Assembly: GCA_043797085.1 (NCBI GenBank)
Contig: JAZDQA010000008.1
Span: 64,001-128,000 of the forward strand
Source: Pseudomonadota bacterium
Lineage (GTDB): Bacteria > Campylobacterota > Campylobacteria > Campylobacterales > Sulfurimonadaceae
Length of the DNA stretch: 64,000 nt
Direction of reading: 5' to 3'
The first letter of the stretch is position 1, and every line of letters starts with the position of its first letter. Below the pieces are notes generated by a model. It saw nothing but the letters and a program-made list of their open reading frames with translations. It did no database searches and was not told the DNA's origin. Both the position numbers and the translations under genes were made by a program. Shown piece after piece: positions 38,159 to 47,103 of this stretch.

Positions 38159-39581
38159 AAGCAAGTTGGACCAAATTATAGAATATGCGAAAGGGATGTC
38201 TGTTTTGTACGTTGAAGATGAAGCATTGATACGTGAAAATAATAAATATTTATTGAATACCATTTTTTCAGATGTCCAAACCGCTTCCAATGGAGCTGAG
38301 GGTCTTAAACTTTATGAAAAAAAAGCATTTGATATCGTCATAACTGATATTATCATGCCTGAGATGAACGGTGTAATGATGGTGAAGAAAATAAAAGAGT
38401 TAAATCCAAAACAATCTATCATTATCACTTCCGCATCGGAAGAGAGCGCTCATTTATTAGAACTTATTAATCTAGGAGTAGCAGAATTTCTCCTAAAACC
38501 GATCAAGACTGAACAAATAATTTCGATTCTCAATGAAGTTGTGACCAATATCTACAATCAACGTAAAGTGGATGAGCTAACTGTCCATCTCAAACAAGAG
38601 CTTCTCCATCAAACTACTCTCTTGGAACAATATAAAGAGGTAGTAGACGTATCCACAATCGTGACCAAAACCAATATATATGGAAAAATAATTTACGCGA
38701 ATGATTTGTTTTGTCAGAAAACTCTTTACCGTCCAGATGAAATTATTTCAAAAAGTCATAGGGTTATCCGTCATCCGGAGATGAGTAAAGAGTTTTATCA
38801 AAACCTTTGGGAAACGATTTTAGACAAAAAAATATGGAACGGAAACATTAAAAATATCAAAAAAAATGGTGAAAACTACATTACAGAAACAACCATAAAA
38901 CCTATCTTGGATGAATTTGGATCTATTCTTGAATTTATCAGCATTAGCCATGATGTTACAGAATTGTATGACATTAACGATGAGATATGGCAAACGCAGC
39001 ATGAGATGCTCTCATTGTTAGGTGAAGTAGGGGAGACAAGATCGCAAGAAACGGGTAATCATGTACGGCGCGTGGCAAAATACTCCAAACTTTTAGGTGA
39101 ATTATACGGACTTGATGAGGAACAGATACGCTTGGTTTACAGCGCTGCTCCTATGCACGATATCGGCAAAATTGGAATTGCGGATGCCATTTTGTTAAAA
39201 CCGGGAAAATTGGATTTTAATGAATACGAAGTGATGAAAACGCACAGCAGTATCGGGTATGATATTTTGAAACACTCAACTCGTCCTTTGCTTCAAGCTG
39301 CGGCGATTATCGCCCTCGAACACCATGAAAAGTGGGATGGTTCCGGCTACCCAAATGCGGTGAGTGGCGACAAAATACATATTTATGGACGTATCATTGC
39401 CCTGGCTGATGTGTTCGATGCCTTAAGCTGTGAGCGTGTCTATAAAAAGGCATGGCCTATTGAAAAGATAATCGAGCTGGTTGTCTCTGAGCGAGGATGT
39501 CATTTTGACCCGACACTGGTGGATTTGTTTATGGATAATATAGAAAAGTTTACGGAAATAGCATTTAAATACAAAGATTAG
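38148..39581 (+). CDS. REC-PAS-HD-GYP c-di-GMP phosphodiesterase
   Basis: REC, RHPEM PAS, HDIGK, HHEKWDGSGYP. Confidence 0.9.
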   Translation: MMFKSKLDQIIEYAKGMSVLYVEDEALIRENNKYLLNTIFSDVQTASNGAEGLKLYEKKAFDIVITDIIMPEMNGVMMVKKIKELNPKQSIIITSASEESAHLLELINLGVAEFLLKPIKTEQIISILNEVVTNIYNQRKVDELTVHLKQELLHQTTLLEQYKEVVDVSTIVTKTNIYGKIIYANDLFCQKTLYRPDEIISKSHRVIRHPEMSKEFYQNLWETILDKKIWNGNIKNIKKNGENYITETTIKPILDEFGSILEFISISHDVTELYDINDEIWQTQHEMLSLLGEVGETRSQETGNHVRRVAKYSKLLGELYGLDEEQIRLVYSAAPMHDIGKIGIADAILLKPGKLDFNEYEVMKTHSSIGYDILKHSTRPLLQAAAIIALEHHEKWDGSGYPNAVSGDKIHIYGRIIALADVFDALSCERVYKKAWPIEKIIELVVSERGCHFDPTLVDLFMDNIEKFTEIAFKYKD

Positions 39582-39592
39582 AAAGGGCAACA

Positions 39593-40273
39593 GTGGCAAA
39601 ATTTAACGAATTTAAAAATCTATCTGTATTGTATGCCGAAGACAATACAGCCCTGCGAGAGATAACCGAAAAAACGTTACAGCTGGTAGTCGGTAAAGTT
39701 TACTCTGTAGCCGATGGGGTGCAAGCGTTAAATATCTATAAAAATAACCCCATTGATATTGTCATTCTTGACATACACATGGGCAGTTTCAGCGGTATTG
39801 AGGTTGCAAAAAAGATTCGTGAAGAGAATGATAAAGTACCCATCGTCATCGTATCAGGATCCATAGCAACTGAAGATTTACTGGCAGCATGCAAACTTAA
39901 TTTGGTTGATTATATTCATAAACCCATCGAGTTTAATGCCTTGGTAAAAGTACTCTATTCAGCCGTAGACAAGCTTCAATCTCACGGGCTACTTCTTGCA
40001 AAAATCAACGATAACGTATCGTACGATTATTTTGCCAAAGCTTTTATCAACTCAAAAGGGGTAAAAATACCTTTGACAAAAAATGAGATACATGCAATTG
40101 AATTGCTCCTCTCAAATCGCGGACAAATTATCCCTTATGAATCATTTTCTCAAGAGTTAGATGACGTAATAACAGACGGTGCATTAAAAAATCTCATTCT
40201 TAGAGTTCGTAAAAAAATGGGTGACGACAGTAATCTCATCAATTTATCCAAGATCGGATATTCAATAGTTTAA
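39593..40273 (+). CDS. OmpR-family response regulator
   Basis: REC plus winged helix (LTKNE, ILRVRKK, IGY). Confidence 0.85.
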   Translation: MAKFNEFKNLSVLYAEDNTALREITEKTLQLVVGKVYSVADGVQALNIYKNNPIDIVILDIHMGSFSGIEVAKKIREENDKVPIVIVSGSIATEDLLAACKLNLVDYIHKPIEFNALVKVLYSAVDKLQSHGLLLAKINDNVSYDYFAKAFINSKGVKIPLTKNEIHAIELLLSNRGQIIPYESFSQELDDVITDGALKNLILRVRKKMGDDSNLINLSKIGYSIV

Positions 40274-40292
40274 GAAGTGTGTTGAGTAGGGA

Positions 40293-40310
40293 TAGTACCA
40301 TAAGGTACTA
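40293..40310. terminator. Possible bidirectional terminator hairpin
   Basis: TAGTACC-ATAA-GGTACTA between convergent genes. Confidence 0.35.
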
Positions 40311-40330
40311 CATTACTTATAATTCAATGG

Positions 40331-40726
40331 CTAGCTCGATGGTGTATCAACCGCCGTATAGAATGTATTGGTTTTAGACGTCGTTCGTGGTGCGGGTTGT
40401 GCTAGGGCTGTTTCATCTTTTTCTCCTGTACGGATACGTTCCACTTCCAGTACCGGTGTGACCCACATTTTACCGGCACCGTGACCCAAGTCTTGTGTGT
40501 GTGCTCGAATACATTCCATCGCAGTTGCTTTATGTGCATCATCAGAGACAACGATTAAAAGCATCACTTTTGGGAACAAATCGGGTGCGTTGTTTTTCTC
40601 CGCGATTCCCAGTGATCCTTTTCCGACAACATCCATGACGGTAACCCCTTCGATCTCATTATCAAAAAGCTCTCGTAATACATCATTAAGACAGTGACGG
40701 TTGAAAACGGCTGTAATTTGAAACAT
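40331..40726 (-). CDS. P-II family nitrogen regulatory protein (atypical T-loop)
   Basis: GVTV..V.GKG, PKV, GAGKMWV.PV...RIRTGE. Confidence 0.85.
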   Translation of the reverse strand: MFQITAVFNRHCLNDVLRELFDNEIEGVTVMDVVGKGSLGIAEKNNAPDLFPKVMLLIVVSDDAHKATAMECIRAHTQDLGHGAGKMWVTPVLEVERIRTGEKDETALAQPAPRTTSKTNTFYTAVDTPSS

Positions 40727-40762
40727 AGTAAATCCTTTAAAAATTCAAGATATTTACTTCCC

Positions 40763-40778
40763 TGCATATTTTGTTCTC
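40763..40778 (-). promoter_or_regulatory. Non-canonical sigma54-type promoter for the P-II gene
   Basis: Minus strand GAGAAC-AAAAT-ATGCA, identical to the rpoN site. Confidence 0.7.
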
Positions 40779-40838
40779 AATGTTTTGTACGACAAAAATG
40801 TCGTTATATTACGCATTATTAAATAATCACACCGTTTT

Positions 40839-40912
40839 CGTCATTCCCGCGAAGGCGGGAATCCAGCTTTGCTTAGAGGAGATGGATCCCCGTGTCAAGC
40901 ACGAGGATGACG
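40839..40912. repeat. REP-like inverted palindrome pair
   Basis: CGTCATTCCCGCGAAGGCGGGAATCC...GGATCCCCGTGTCAAGCACGAGGATGACG. Confidence 0.88.
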
Positions 40913-40948
40913 AGCGATCAAGGTTGATGACGCTTGGTATTATTAGTC

Positions 40949-40964
40949 AAGAACACCATTTGCA
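40949..40964 (+). promoter_or_regulatory. Non-canonical sigma54-type promoter for the nifU operon
   Basis: AAGAAC-ACCAT-TTGCA (AG-N10-GC). Confidence 0.7.
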
Positions 40965-41000
40965 ATATGTCGGATAATATCATCCATCAAGGAGCAATCA

Positions 41001-41978
41001 ATGGCACGAGACACATTAATCGGCGGAGCATTATGGGAAGAATACTCATTAGAGGTTCAACGACGTATGAACGATCCTATCAATATGGGAGAGATCACTC
41101 AAGAAGAGGCGGATGCGGCTCAAAAACAACTTATTATTGCTGATTTTGGTGCGGAGAGCTGTGGGGATGCTGTACGGTTGTACTGGATGATTGATCCTAA
41201 AAACGATGTTATCATTAAAAGCCGTTTTAAAAGCTTCGGATGCGGTACTGCGATAGCAAGCTCCGATATGATGGCTGAACTATGTATGGATAAAACAGTA
41301 GATGAGGCGTTAAAAATCACCAATATCGATGTGGAAAAAGCGCTTCGGGATGAGGAAGATATTCCAGCAGTACCTGGGCAAAAAATGCACTGTTCGGTTA
41401 TGGCGTACGACGTTATCAAAAAAGCGGCATCCATCTACAAAGGGGTGGATATGTCAGAGTTTGAGACAGAATTTATCGTCTGCGAATGCGCACGTGTCAG
41501 TCTCGACACCCTCAAAGAGGTGATTAAACTCAACAAACTTGACTCCATCGAAGCCATTACCGACTATACCAAAGCGGGCGGTTTTTGTAAATCGTGTATC
41601 AAGCCGGGAGGTCATGAGAAAAAAGATGTTTATCTCGTAGACATGCTCGCAGAAATCCAAGGTGAACTTGCCAAAGAGGCAATCAGCAAAAAAATCAAAG
41701 AGGCAAAAGGGGATGGAAATTTCAATGCGATGAGTTTGGTTCAAAAACTCCGCAGTATCGAATCAATCCTCGAAGAGTACATTCGTCCAACACTTAAAGC
41801 CGATCACGGAGATGTCGAAGTCATCGATCTCAAAGAAGTAGAAGACGGCCATGAGCTTTACATCCAGTATAAAGGTGAATGTATGAGCTGTTCGATGAAC
41901 ACAACAACAACCCTTGCCGGAATGCAGGATATGTTGAACTTTAAACTCAAATCAAACTTGCGCGTGATGGTCGTCTAA
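41001..41978 (+). CDS. nifU: Fe-S cluster scaffold NifU (three-domain)
   Basis: SCGD, FGCG, KMHCS; central CxC...CxxC; C-terminal Nfu CMSC. Confidence 0.93.
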   Translation: MARDTLIGGALWEEYSLEVQRRMNDPINMGEITQEEADAAQKQLIIADFGAESCGDAVRLYWMIDPKNDVIIKSRFKSFGCGTAIASSDMMAELCMDKTVDEALKITNIDVEKALRDEEDIPAVPGQKMHCSVMAYDVIKKAASIYKGVDMSEFETEFIVCECARVSLDTLKEVIKLNKLDSIEAITDYTKAGGFCKSCIKPGGHEKKDVYLVDMLAEIQGELAKEAISKKIKEAKGDGNFNAMSLVQKLRSIESILEEYIRPTLKADHGDVEVIDLKEVEDGHELYIQYKGECMSCSMNTTTTLAGMQDMLNFKLKSNLRVMVV

Positions 41979-43099
41979 TGTCACACGCAACCAAAGAGGG
42001 AACGTTTGGGTATCTCAAAAAATTCGGGAAATATTCAAAAGATTTTTACCGCTTTAACGGAGAACTCTTTTTTCCCTCACTTGGAATTGGTACCTATAAA
42101 CCAGAACCGTACAAAGAAGAAAATTACATTATCAACTACGCTGAAGCGATAAAAATGGCACTGAGAAACGGTGTCAATTTCATCGACACGGCGATCAATT
42201 ACCGTTATCAGATGTCAGAGCGAGAAATCGGTGAAACGCTCATGGCAATGTTTGCTAGCGGGGAGATAAAACGTGATGAGGTGATCATTGCTTCGAAAGC
42301 TGGCTTTATACCTTTGGATTTCCCATTTCCTGAGAATCCGTACGGTTGGATTCAGGAAAATATGATTGAACCAAAATTAGCAACGGAAGAAGATATTATC
42401 ATCGATCAGCACTGTATGACCCCTGCATATTTACGCTGGAGTTGTGAGCAGTCGTTGAAAAATCTCTCACTTGAGACCATCGATATTTTTTTACTGCATA
42501 ATCCCGAAACCCAACTCGGATACGTTGAACAGGAAGAATTTTATGCTCGGATTGAAGCGGCATTTGAACTTTTTGAACAACTACGCTCTGAGGGTAAAAT
42601 CGTTGCTTACGGCATCGCGGCATGGAATGGATTTTTGTACGAAGAGGAGCATATGGAGTACATTTCGCTTACCAAAGTGATGAGCATTGCACGACGTGTC
42701 GGAGGTTTAAATCATGGATTCAAATACCTCCAAAGCCCGTTCAATATGGCAAAACCTCATGCGTACAGTTACGCTAATCAGCAGGGTGAGGATGGGCTGT
42801 ATTATTCTCTTATGGATGCCTGTGCCGGGTTTGGTTTGAGTTATTTAGGCTCATCTCCGCTGTTGCAAAAAAATCTTTTCAAACGTCCGTTTAGCACTAA
42901 AATCGGGGAACTTATGAATACAAGTGAGCTTACGGATGTGGCAAGTGCCTTGCAGTTTGCACGAAGTGCAGGAGCGATTACCGCAATTTTCGGTGCGGTT
43001 ACACCTTCTCATGTCATGGATAATACCATTTTGGCGTATGTACCAAGTGCTTCGAGTGAAGCCATGGCGAGTTTGATGCGAGAATCCTATGCTGTATGA
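41978..43099 (+). CDS. Aldo/keto reductase family protein
   Basis: LGIGT, IDTAINY, IASKAG, LLHNPE. Confidence 0.85.
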   Translation: MSHATKEGTFGYLKKFGKYSKDFYRFNGELFFPSLGIGTYKPEPYKEENYIINYAEAIKMALRNGVNFIDTAINYRYQMSEREIGETLMAMFASGEIKRDEVIIASKAGFIPLDFPFPENPYGWIQENMIEPKLATEEDIIIDQHCMTPAYLRWSCEQSLKNLSLETIDIFLLHNPETQLGYVEQEEFYARIEAAFELFEQLRSEGKIVAYGIAAWNGFLYEEEHMEYISLTKVMSIARRVGGLNHGFKYLQSPFNMAKPHAYSYANQQGEDGLYYSLMDACAGFGLSYLGSSPLLQKNLFKRPFSTKIGELMNTSELTDVASALQFARSAGAITAIFGAVTPSHVMDNTILAYVPSASSEAMASLMRESYAV

Positions 43100-44747
43100 T
43101 GTTGTTGTTGTTGGCAGTGGCATATCGGGATTGTACGCGGCACTCTATGCTCGTCGTGAAGGTTTAAAAGTCGCCCTTATCTCTAAAAGTACACCACTTC
43201 GCTCTAACTCTGCTGTTGCATCGGGAGGGATTAATGCGGTGCTAAAAACCACTCGTCACGACAGTTGCCGCGATCATATTGCCGATACGCTTAACGGAGC
43301 CGATAATTTGGGACGTTTTTCTGCGATTAGCGGGATGATTGTGGGTGCGGAAGCGATTATAGATGAGCTGCAAAAAATGGGGGTTGTTTTTGATACCGAT
43401 GAGAACGGTTCGATAGCACAGCGTCCTTTTGGTGGAACCAAAGCAAAGCGTACCTGTTACATAGCCGATAAAACCGGAGCCTCTATCACCCAAACTCTTT
43501 TGACACAATGTCGTAAAGAGGGGGTGAAGATGTTTTCAAATCACCTGATGCTCAGTATCGCGACATTTAATGAGAAGCTTTCGGGTATCACGATGCTTCG
43601 TCGCCGTGATTCACAGGTGATTGCTTTTGCGTGTAAATCGCTGGTTCTTGCAGGCGGTGGTTATGCGGGAATTTATCGAGGACATTCAACCAATTCACAA
43701 GAATCCAGCGGGGATATGTTAGCCCTTGCATTACGCGCCAAAATGCGTTTGGTAAACATGGAGTTTGTTCAGTTTCATCCGACCACACTGCTCAACAGCG
43801 GTACACTCATCAGCGAAGCGGCACGGGGTGAGGGGGCAACTATCGTCGATGAAACGGGTCACCGATTTACCGATGAACTCCAAACCAGAGACAAACTCTC
43901 ACGGGACATTGTTCGCCATCAGCTAGCGGGTCATAAAGTCTTTCTTGATTTTCGCCATTTAGGTGAAGCCTTGATCGATAAAAAGCTCCCTTCTGCCCGT
44001 AAAAATGCCCTCAATGGAGCAGGTATTGATATTGTCACCGAACTTCTCCCTATAACTCCATCTGCCCACTACACGATGGGAGGGATTTGGTCTCGTGATG
44101 ATGCTTCCAGCGACATTGATAACATTTTTGTCTGTGGTGAATGTGCGTATAGCGGTGTCCACGGTGCGAATCGTTTGGGTGGAAACAGTTTACTAGAGGG
44201 TGCTTATTTTGGGAAAGTTGCCGGAACCAATGCAGCAAAAGCAGCAAAAAAAGGGAAATTTCAGCCGATTGATTACGCACAAGTAGCAAAAGAACTACGC
44301 TACATTGACACTATTATAGAGGGTGAAAGCCGGTTTAACATCAATACGATGCGTCGAAATCTCGGAAATATTCTCTATAAAAATGCAGGAGTATTTCGCA
44401 ATCACGACTCTCTTGCAAATGCATTGGAATATATCCACTATTTGATGAAGATGTCTTCAGGTTTATCTTGTGTCAACAAAGAGCGCAGTGACAACGTAGA
44501 ACTGTTGTCGATCATCGAATTTCGAAATGCACTCACTGTTGCCGAAGCCATGGTGATGTCTGCATTGGGGCGTGAAGAGAGCAGGGGCGTCCATTTTCGC
44601 GATGATTTCCCCGATACGAATGATGTTGATTACAAAGTCGATACGATTATCCGCCGTCTAAGCGGGACGTTTTTACGAATCAGTTTTGAGGGGCATCTTG
44701 CCTCGGATTGGTTATATCGGATTCGGAAGTTTTTTCACGTCATGTGA
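43089..44747 (+). CDS. SdhA/FrdA/NadB-family flavoprotein
   Basis: GSGISG, QFHPT, SEAARGEG, AHYTMGG, HGANRLGGNSL, REESRGVH. Confidence 0.85.
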   Translation: MLYDVVVVGSGISGLYAALYARREGLKVALISKSTPLRSNSAVASGGINAVLKTTRHDSCRDHIADTLNGADNLGRFSAISGMIVGAEAIIDELQKMGVVFDTDENGSIAQRPFGGTKAKRTCYIADKTGASITQTLLTQCRKEGVKMFSNHLMLSIATFNEKLSGITMLRRRDSQVIAFACKSLVLAGGGYAGIYRGHSTNSQESSGDMLALALRAKMRLVNMEFVQFHPTTLLNSGTLISEAARGEGATIVDETGHRFTDELQTRDKLSRDIVRHQLAGHKVFLDFRHLGEALIDKKLPSARKNALNGAGIDIVTELLPITPSAHYTMGGIWSRDDASSDIDNIFVCGECAYSGVHGANRLGGNSLLEGAYFGKVAGTNAAKAAKKGKFQPIDYAQVAKELRYIDTIIEGESRFNINTMRRNLGNILYKNAGVFRNHDSLANALEYIHYLMKMSSGLSCVNKERSDNVELLSIIEFRNALTVAEAMVMSALGREESRGVHFRDDFPDTNDVDYKVDTIIRRLSGTFLRISFEGHLASDWLYRIRKFFHVM

Positions 44748-44764
44748 CGATGAATTGGACCTTT

Positions 44765-44853
44765 CGTCATCCTCGGACTTCACGTGCCCTTTAGGGTAGA
44801 TCCGGGGATCCATCTTAATTAATAGTTGGATTCCCGCCTTCGCGGGAATGACG
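44765..44853. repeat. REP-like inverted palindrome pair (reverse orientation to 40839) with nested 18-bp insert
   Basis: CGTCATCCTCGGACTT[CACGTGCCCTTTAGGGTA]GATCCGGGGATCC...GGATTCCCGCCTTCGCGGGAATGACG. Confidence 0.88.
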
Positions 44854-44879
44854 GAGACTAAATAAAAAAGGAAGCTATT

Positions 44880-45092
44880 ATGGCAAAAGTAATGTTGCGC
44901 GTTGATTCAAAAAAAGAAATTTCTTTTTATTTCGCTAAAAAAGACATGGAAGAGACAATTGTAAAAGTAGAGTTTGATACGGATGAAAAATGGGGTGGCG
45001 AAGTGGAACTTGGCAATGGTGAAAGATGGTTTATTGAACCTGCTGCAAAGAAATTTCCCTCTGAAATGGTAGCAAAACGCTTGGGTGATTGA
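44880..45092 (+). CDS. nifT: Nitrogen fixation protein NifT/FixU
   Basis: KVMLR...AKKDMEE..V...WGG.V.L.NG. Confidence 0.88.
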   Translation: MAKVMLRVDSKKEISFYFAKKDMEETIVKVEFDTDEKWGGEVELGNGERWFIEPAAKKFPSEMVAKRLGD

Positions 45093-45194
45093 TAAAAATA
45101 GTCATTTAAAAATCTTTTTCCTTAATTGGCGGAATTTTACAAGACATTTGTGTCATTGTATCCTATGATTACCGCTCATTAAAGGATTTTTTGA

Positions 45195-46019
45195 ATGAAT
45201 ATTGTTTGTCATGATAGCGCTTATATTGATTCGATTTATCATGTCCCCGTAGAAACCTACAAAGAGGAGCATGACTTCCATTTTTTTGGTGCTCCTTCGG
45301 TACATGAACATATTATTTTAAATAATGATTGTGCCACAATTTGTTTTAATATTAATGGAAAAATTTATGAACATGATGGTCATATCGTCTGCGGTAAATT
45401 CACTCACGCTCCAAAAATAAAAATCATTTTTAAAAATACGGACAGAAGATTGACCATCATACGTCTAACGTCATACGGAATGTTCAAGCTGACGGATACC
45501 CCTATAGAATCCATGGTAAATCTTGTCGCTTCAGGGTCAATTATTGACATTGATACTCTTTGTGATGGAGACATAGAGAACTATATCCGTAAGATTGATG
45601 CACTTATGAGTGAAGAAAGTAACGATAAGTCTTACAATATGACGCGTGAAATCATCCGTTACGTTAATGCTAATTTTCTTCATCTGCCCAGTCATTCTTC
45701 TAAAACGGTAGCAAAAGAGTTTGGTATCTCAGAGAGTTCTTTACGTCGTTATTTTAAAAAATATCTTGGTATTAATCTCTCTACATACATTATTACGGTC
45801 AAGCGAAAAAAGATGATTCAAGCCATTTATGAAGACAATTATGATTCATTGAGTGTTCGGGAAAATGGTTATTATGATCAATCCCATTTTTTGAACGATT
45901 TTAAACGTCTTTACGGTGTGCCGCTCAAGGAATATTTCAATGAAATGCAAATAATGAAAGAACGTTCTCCCGATTTGATGAAATTTTTATATCATTGTAA
46001 TATAAAAAGCAGTGTCTAA
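45195..46019 (+). CDS. AraC-family transcriptional regulator
   Basis: SESSLRRYFKKYLG and GYYDQSHFLNDFK. Confidence 0.85.
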   Translation: MNIVCHDSAYIDSIYHVPVETYKEEHDFHFFGAPSVHEHIILNNDCATICFNINGKIYEHDGHIVCGKFTHAPKIKIIFKNTDRRLTIIRLTSYGMFKLTDTPIESMVNLVASGSIIDIDTLCDGDIENYIRKIDALMSEESNDKSYNMTREIIRYVNANFLHLPSHSSKTVAKEFGISESSLRRYFKKYLGINLSTYIITVKRKKMIQAIYEDNYDSLSVRENGYYDQSHFLNDFKRLYGVPLKEYFNEMQIMKERSPDLMKFLYHCNIKSSV

Positions 46020-47004
46020 AAGGGATGAAATGATCGCACAATTGCACTCCATAACCCATTCAACACCCATCGGAAATCTTTTTAATAGCAACCATCAAAT
46101 AAGAGCATTTGAAAGCGATACACTTTTAAGTGAAATATTGGAGTACTTCTCGACCTGTTCCGCTGATGTGATTATTATAACCCAAAAAGCAATTTCCATT
46201 GGAATCTTTACACTTAAAGATATGATGCACTCTTTACGAAATTTTGAAAATCTTCTTCGTCCGATTAGAGAATTTATGACAGCTCCTTTGCATACATTTT
46301 CTGCCGTACAAAGTATCGCAGAAGTCCTTGATACAATGAGAGAGGTCTCTTTCAATAAAATTGTTGTAATGAATGAGGATAAAATTATTGGAGTGATCGA
46401 TCATCACCATCTATTATCCAAATGCTATACTCAGCTGGCACCCATAATTAAGCATGAATACAACCTGATTCACTCGATACTTGGTCTCGTAGGTGAGGGA
46501 CAACGGGGATTGCTCAAGCTTGCTACTACTGATGCTTTGACGGGAATTGGAAATCGACGGTTGTTTGAAGAGATTTTTCAAGCACATCAATCCCTTGAAA
46601 ATCGTTATGATGTAAATCTTTTTTTATTGATATTTGATATTGATGATTTTAAAAAGATTAACGATACATTCGGACATAATGCAGGGGATTCCGTTCTTAA
46701 AGAACTCGTTAAATTAGTGAGTAAATCCATTCGGAAATCGGACGTTTTTGTTCGCTGGGGGGGAGAAGAGTTCGTGATTCTCTTACGCTATCCTGATCCT
46801 TTAGGGGTGATGGATATTGCTGAACAAATTCGTAAGCGAATTGATGCTCACAGTTTTGAGGCGATTATGCACGTAACATGCAGTTTTGGATTAACCTCTA
46901 TTAACCCTAACGAAAGTGTTGAAAAAGTACTATCACGAGCAGATATGGCACTGTACCGAGCTAAAGCCGATGGAAAAAATACCATTCGCTTAGAGATGGG
47001 ATAA
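46012..47004 (+). CDS. CBS-pair GGDEF diguanylate cyclase
   Basis: CBS-like N-terminus; DALTG, RKSD I-site, RWGGEEF. Confidence 0.88.
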   Translation: MSKRDEMIAQLHSITHSTPIGNLFNSNHQIRAFESDTLLSEILEYFSTCSADVIIITQKAISIGIFTLKDMMHSLRNFENLLRPIREFMTAPLHTFSAVQSIAEVLDTMREVSFNKIVVMNEDKIIGVIDHHHLLSKCYTQLAPIIKHEYNLIHSILGLVGEGQRGLLKLATTDALTGIGNRRLFEEIFQAHQSLENRYDVNLFLLIFDIDDFKKINDTFGHNAGDSVLKELVKLVSKSIRKSDVFVRWGGEEFVILLRYPDPLGVMDIAEQIRKRIDAHSFEAIMHVTCSFGLTSINPNESVEKVLSRADMALYRAKADGKNTIRLEMG

Positions 47005-47103
47005 TTTATTAATTTTTATTAACATTATAGATTAATTTACGCTATAATACTTTAAATAAATTTTTATTAACATAATTATGCTTTTCTAAAACGATGAGGA
47101 AAA

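Noticed and set aside
40771..40977. 68-aa ORF containing VIPAKAGI
   Set aside because: Translation of the REP-like palindrome and promoter DNA; not a credible gene.
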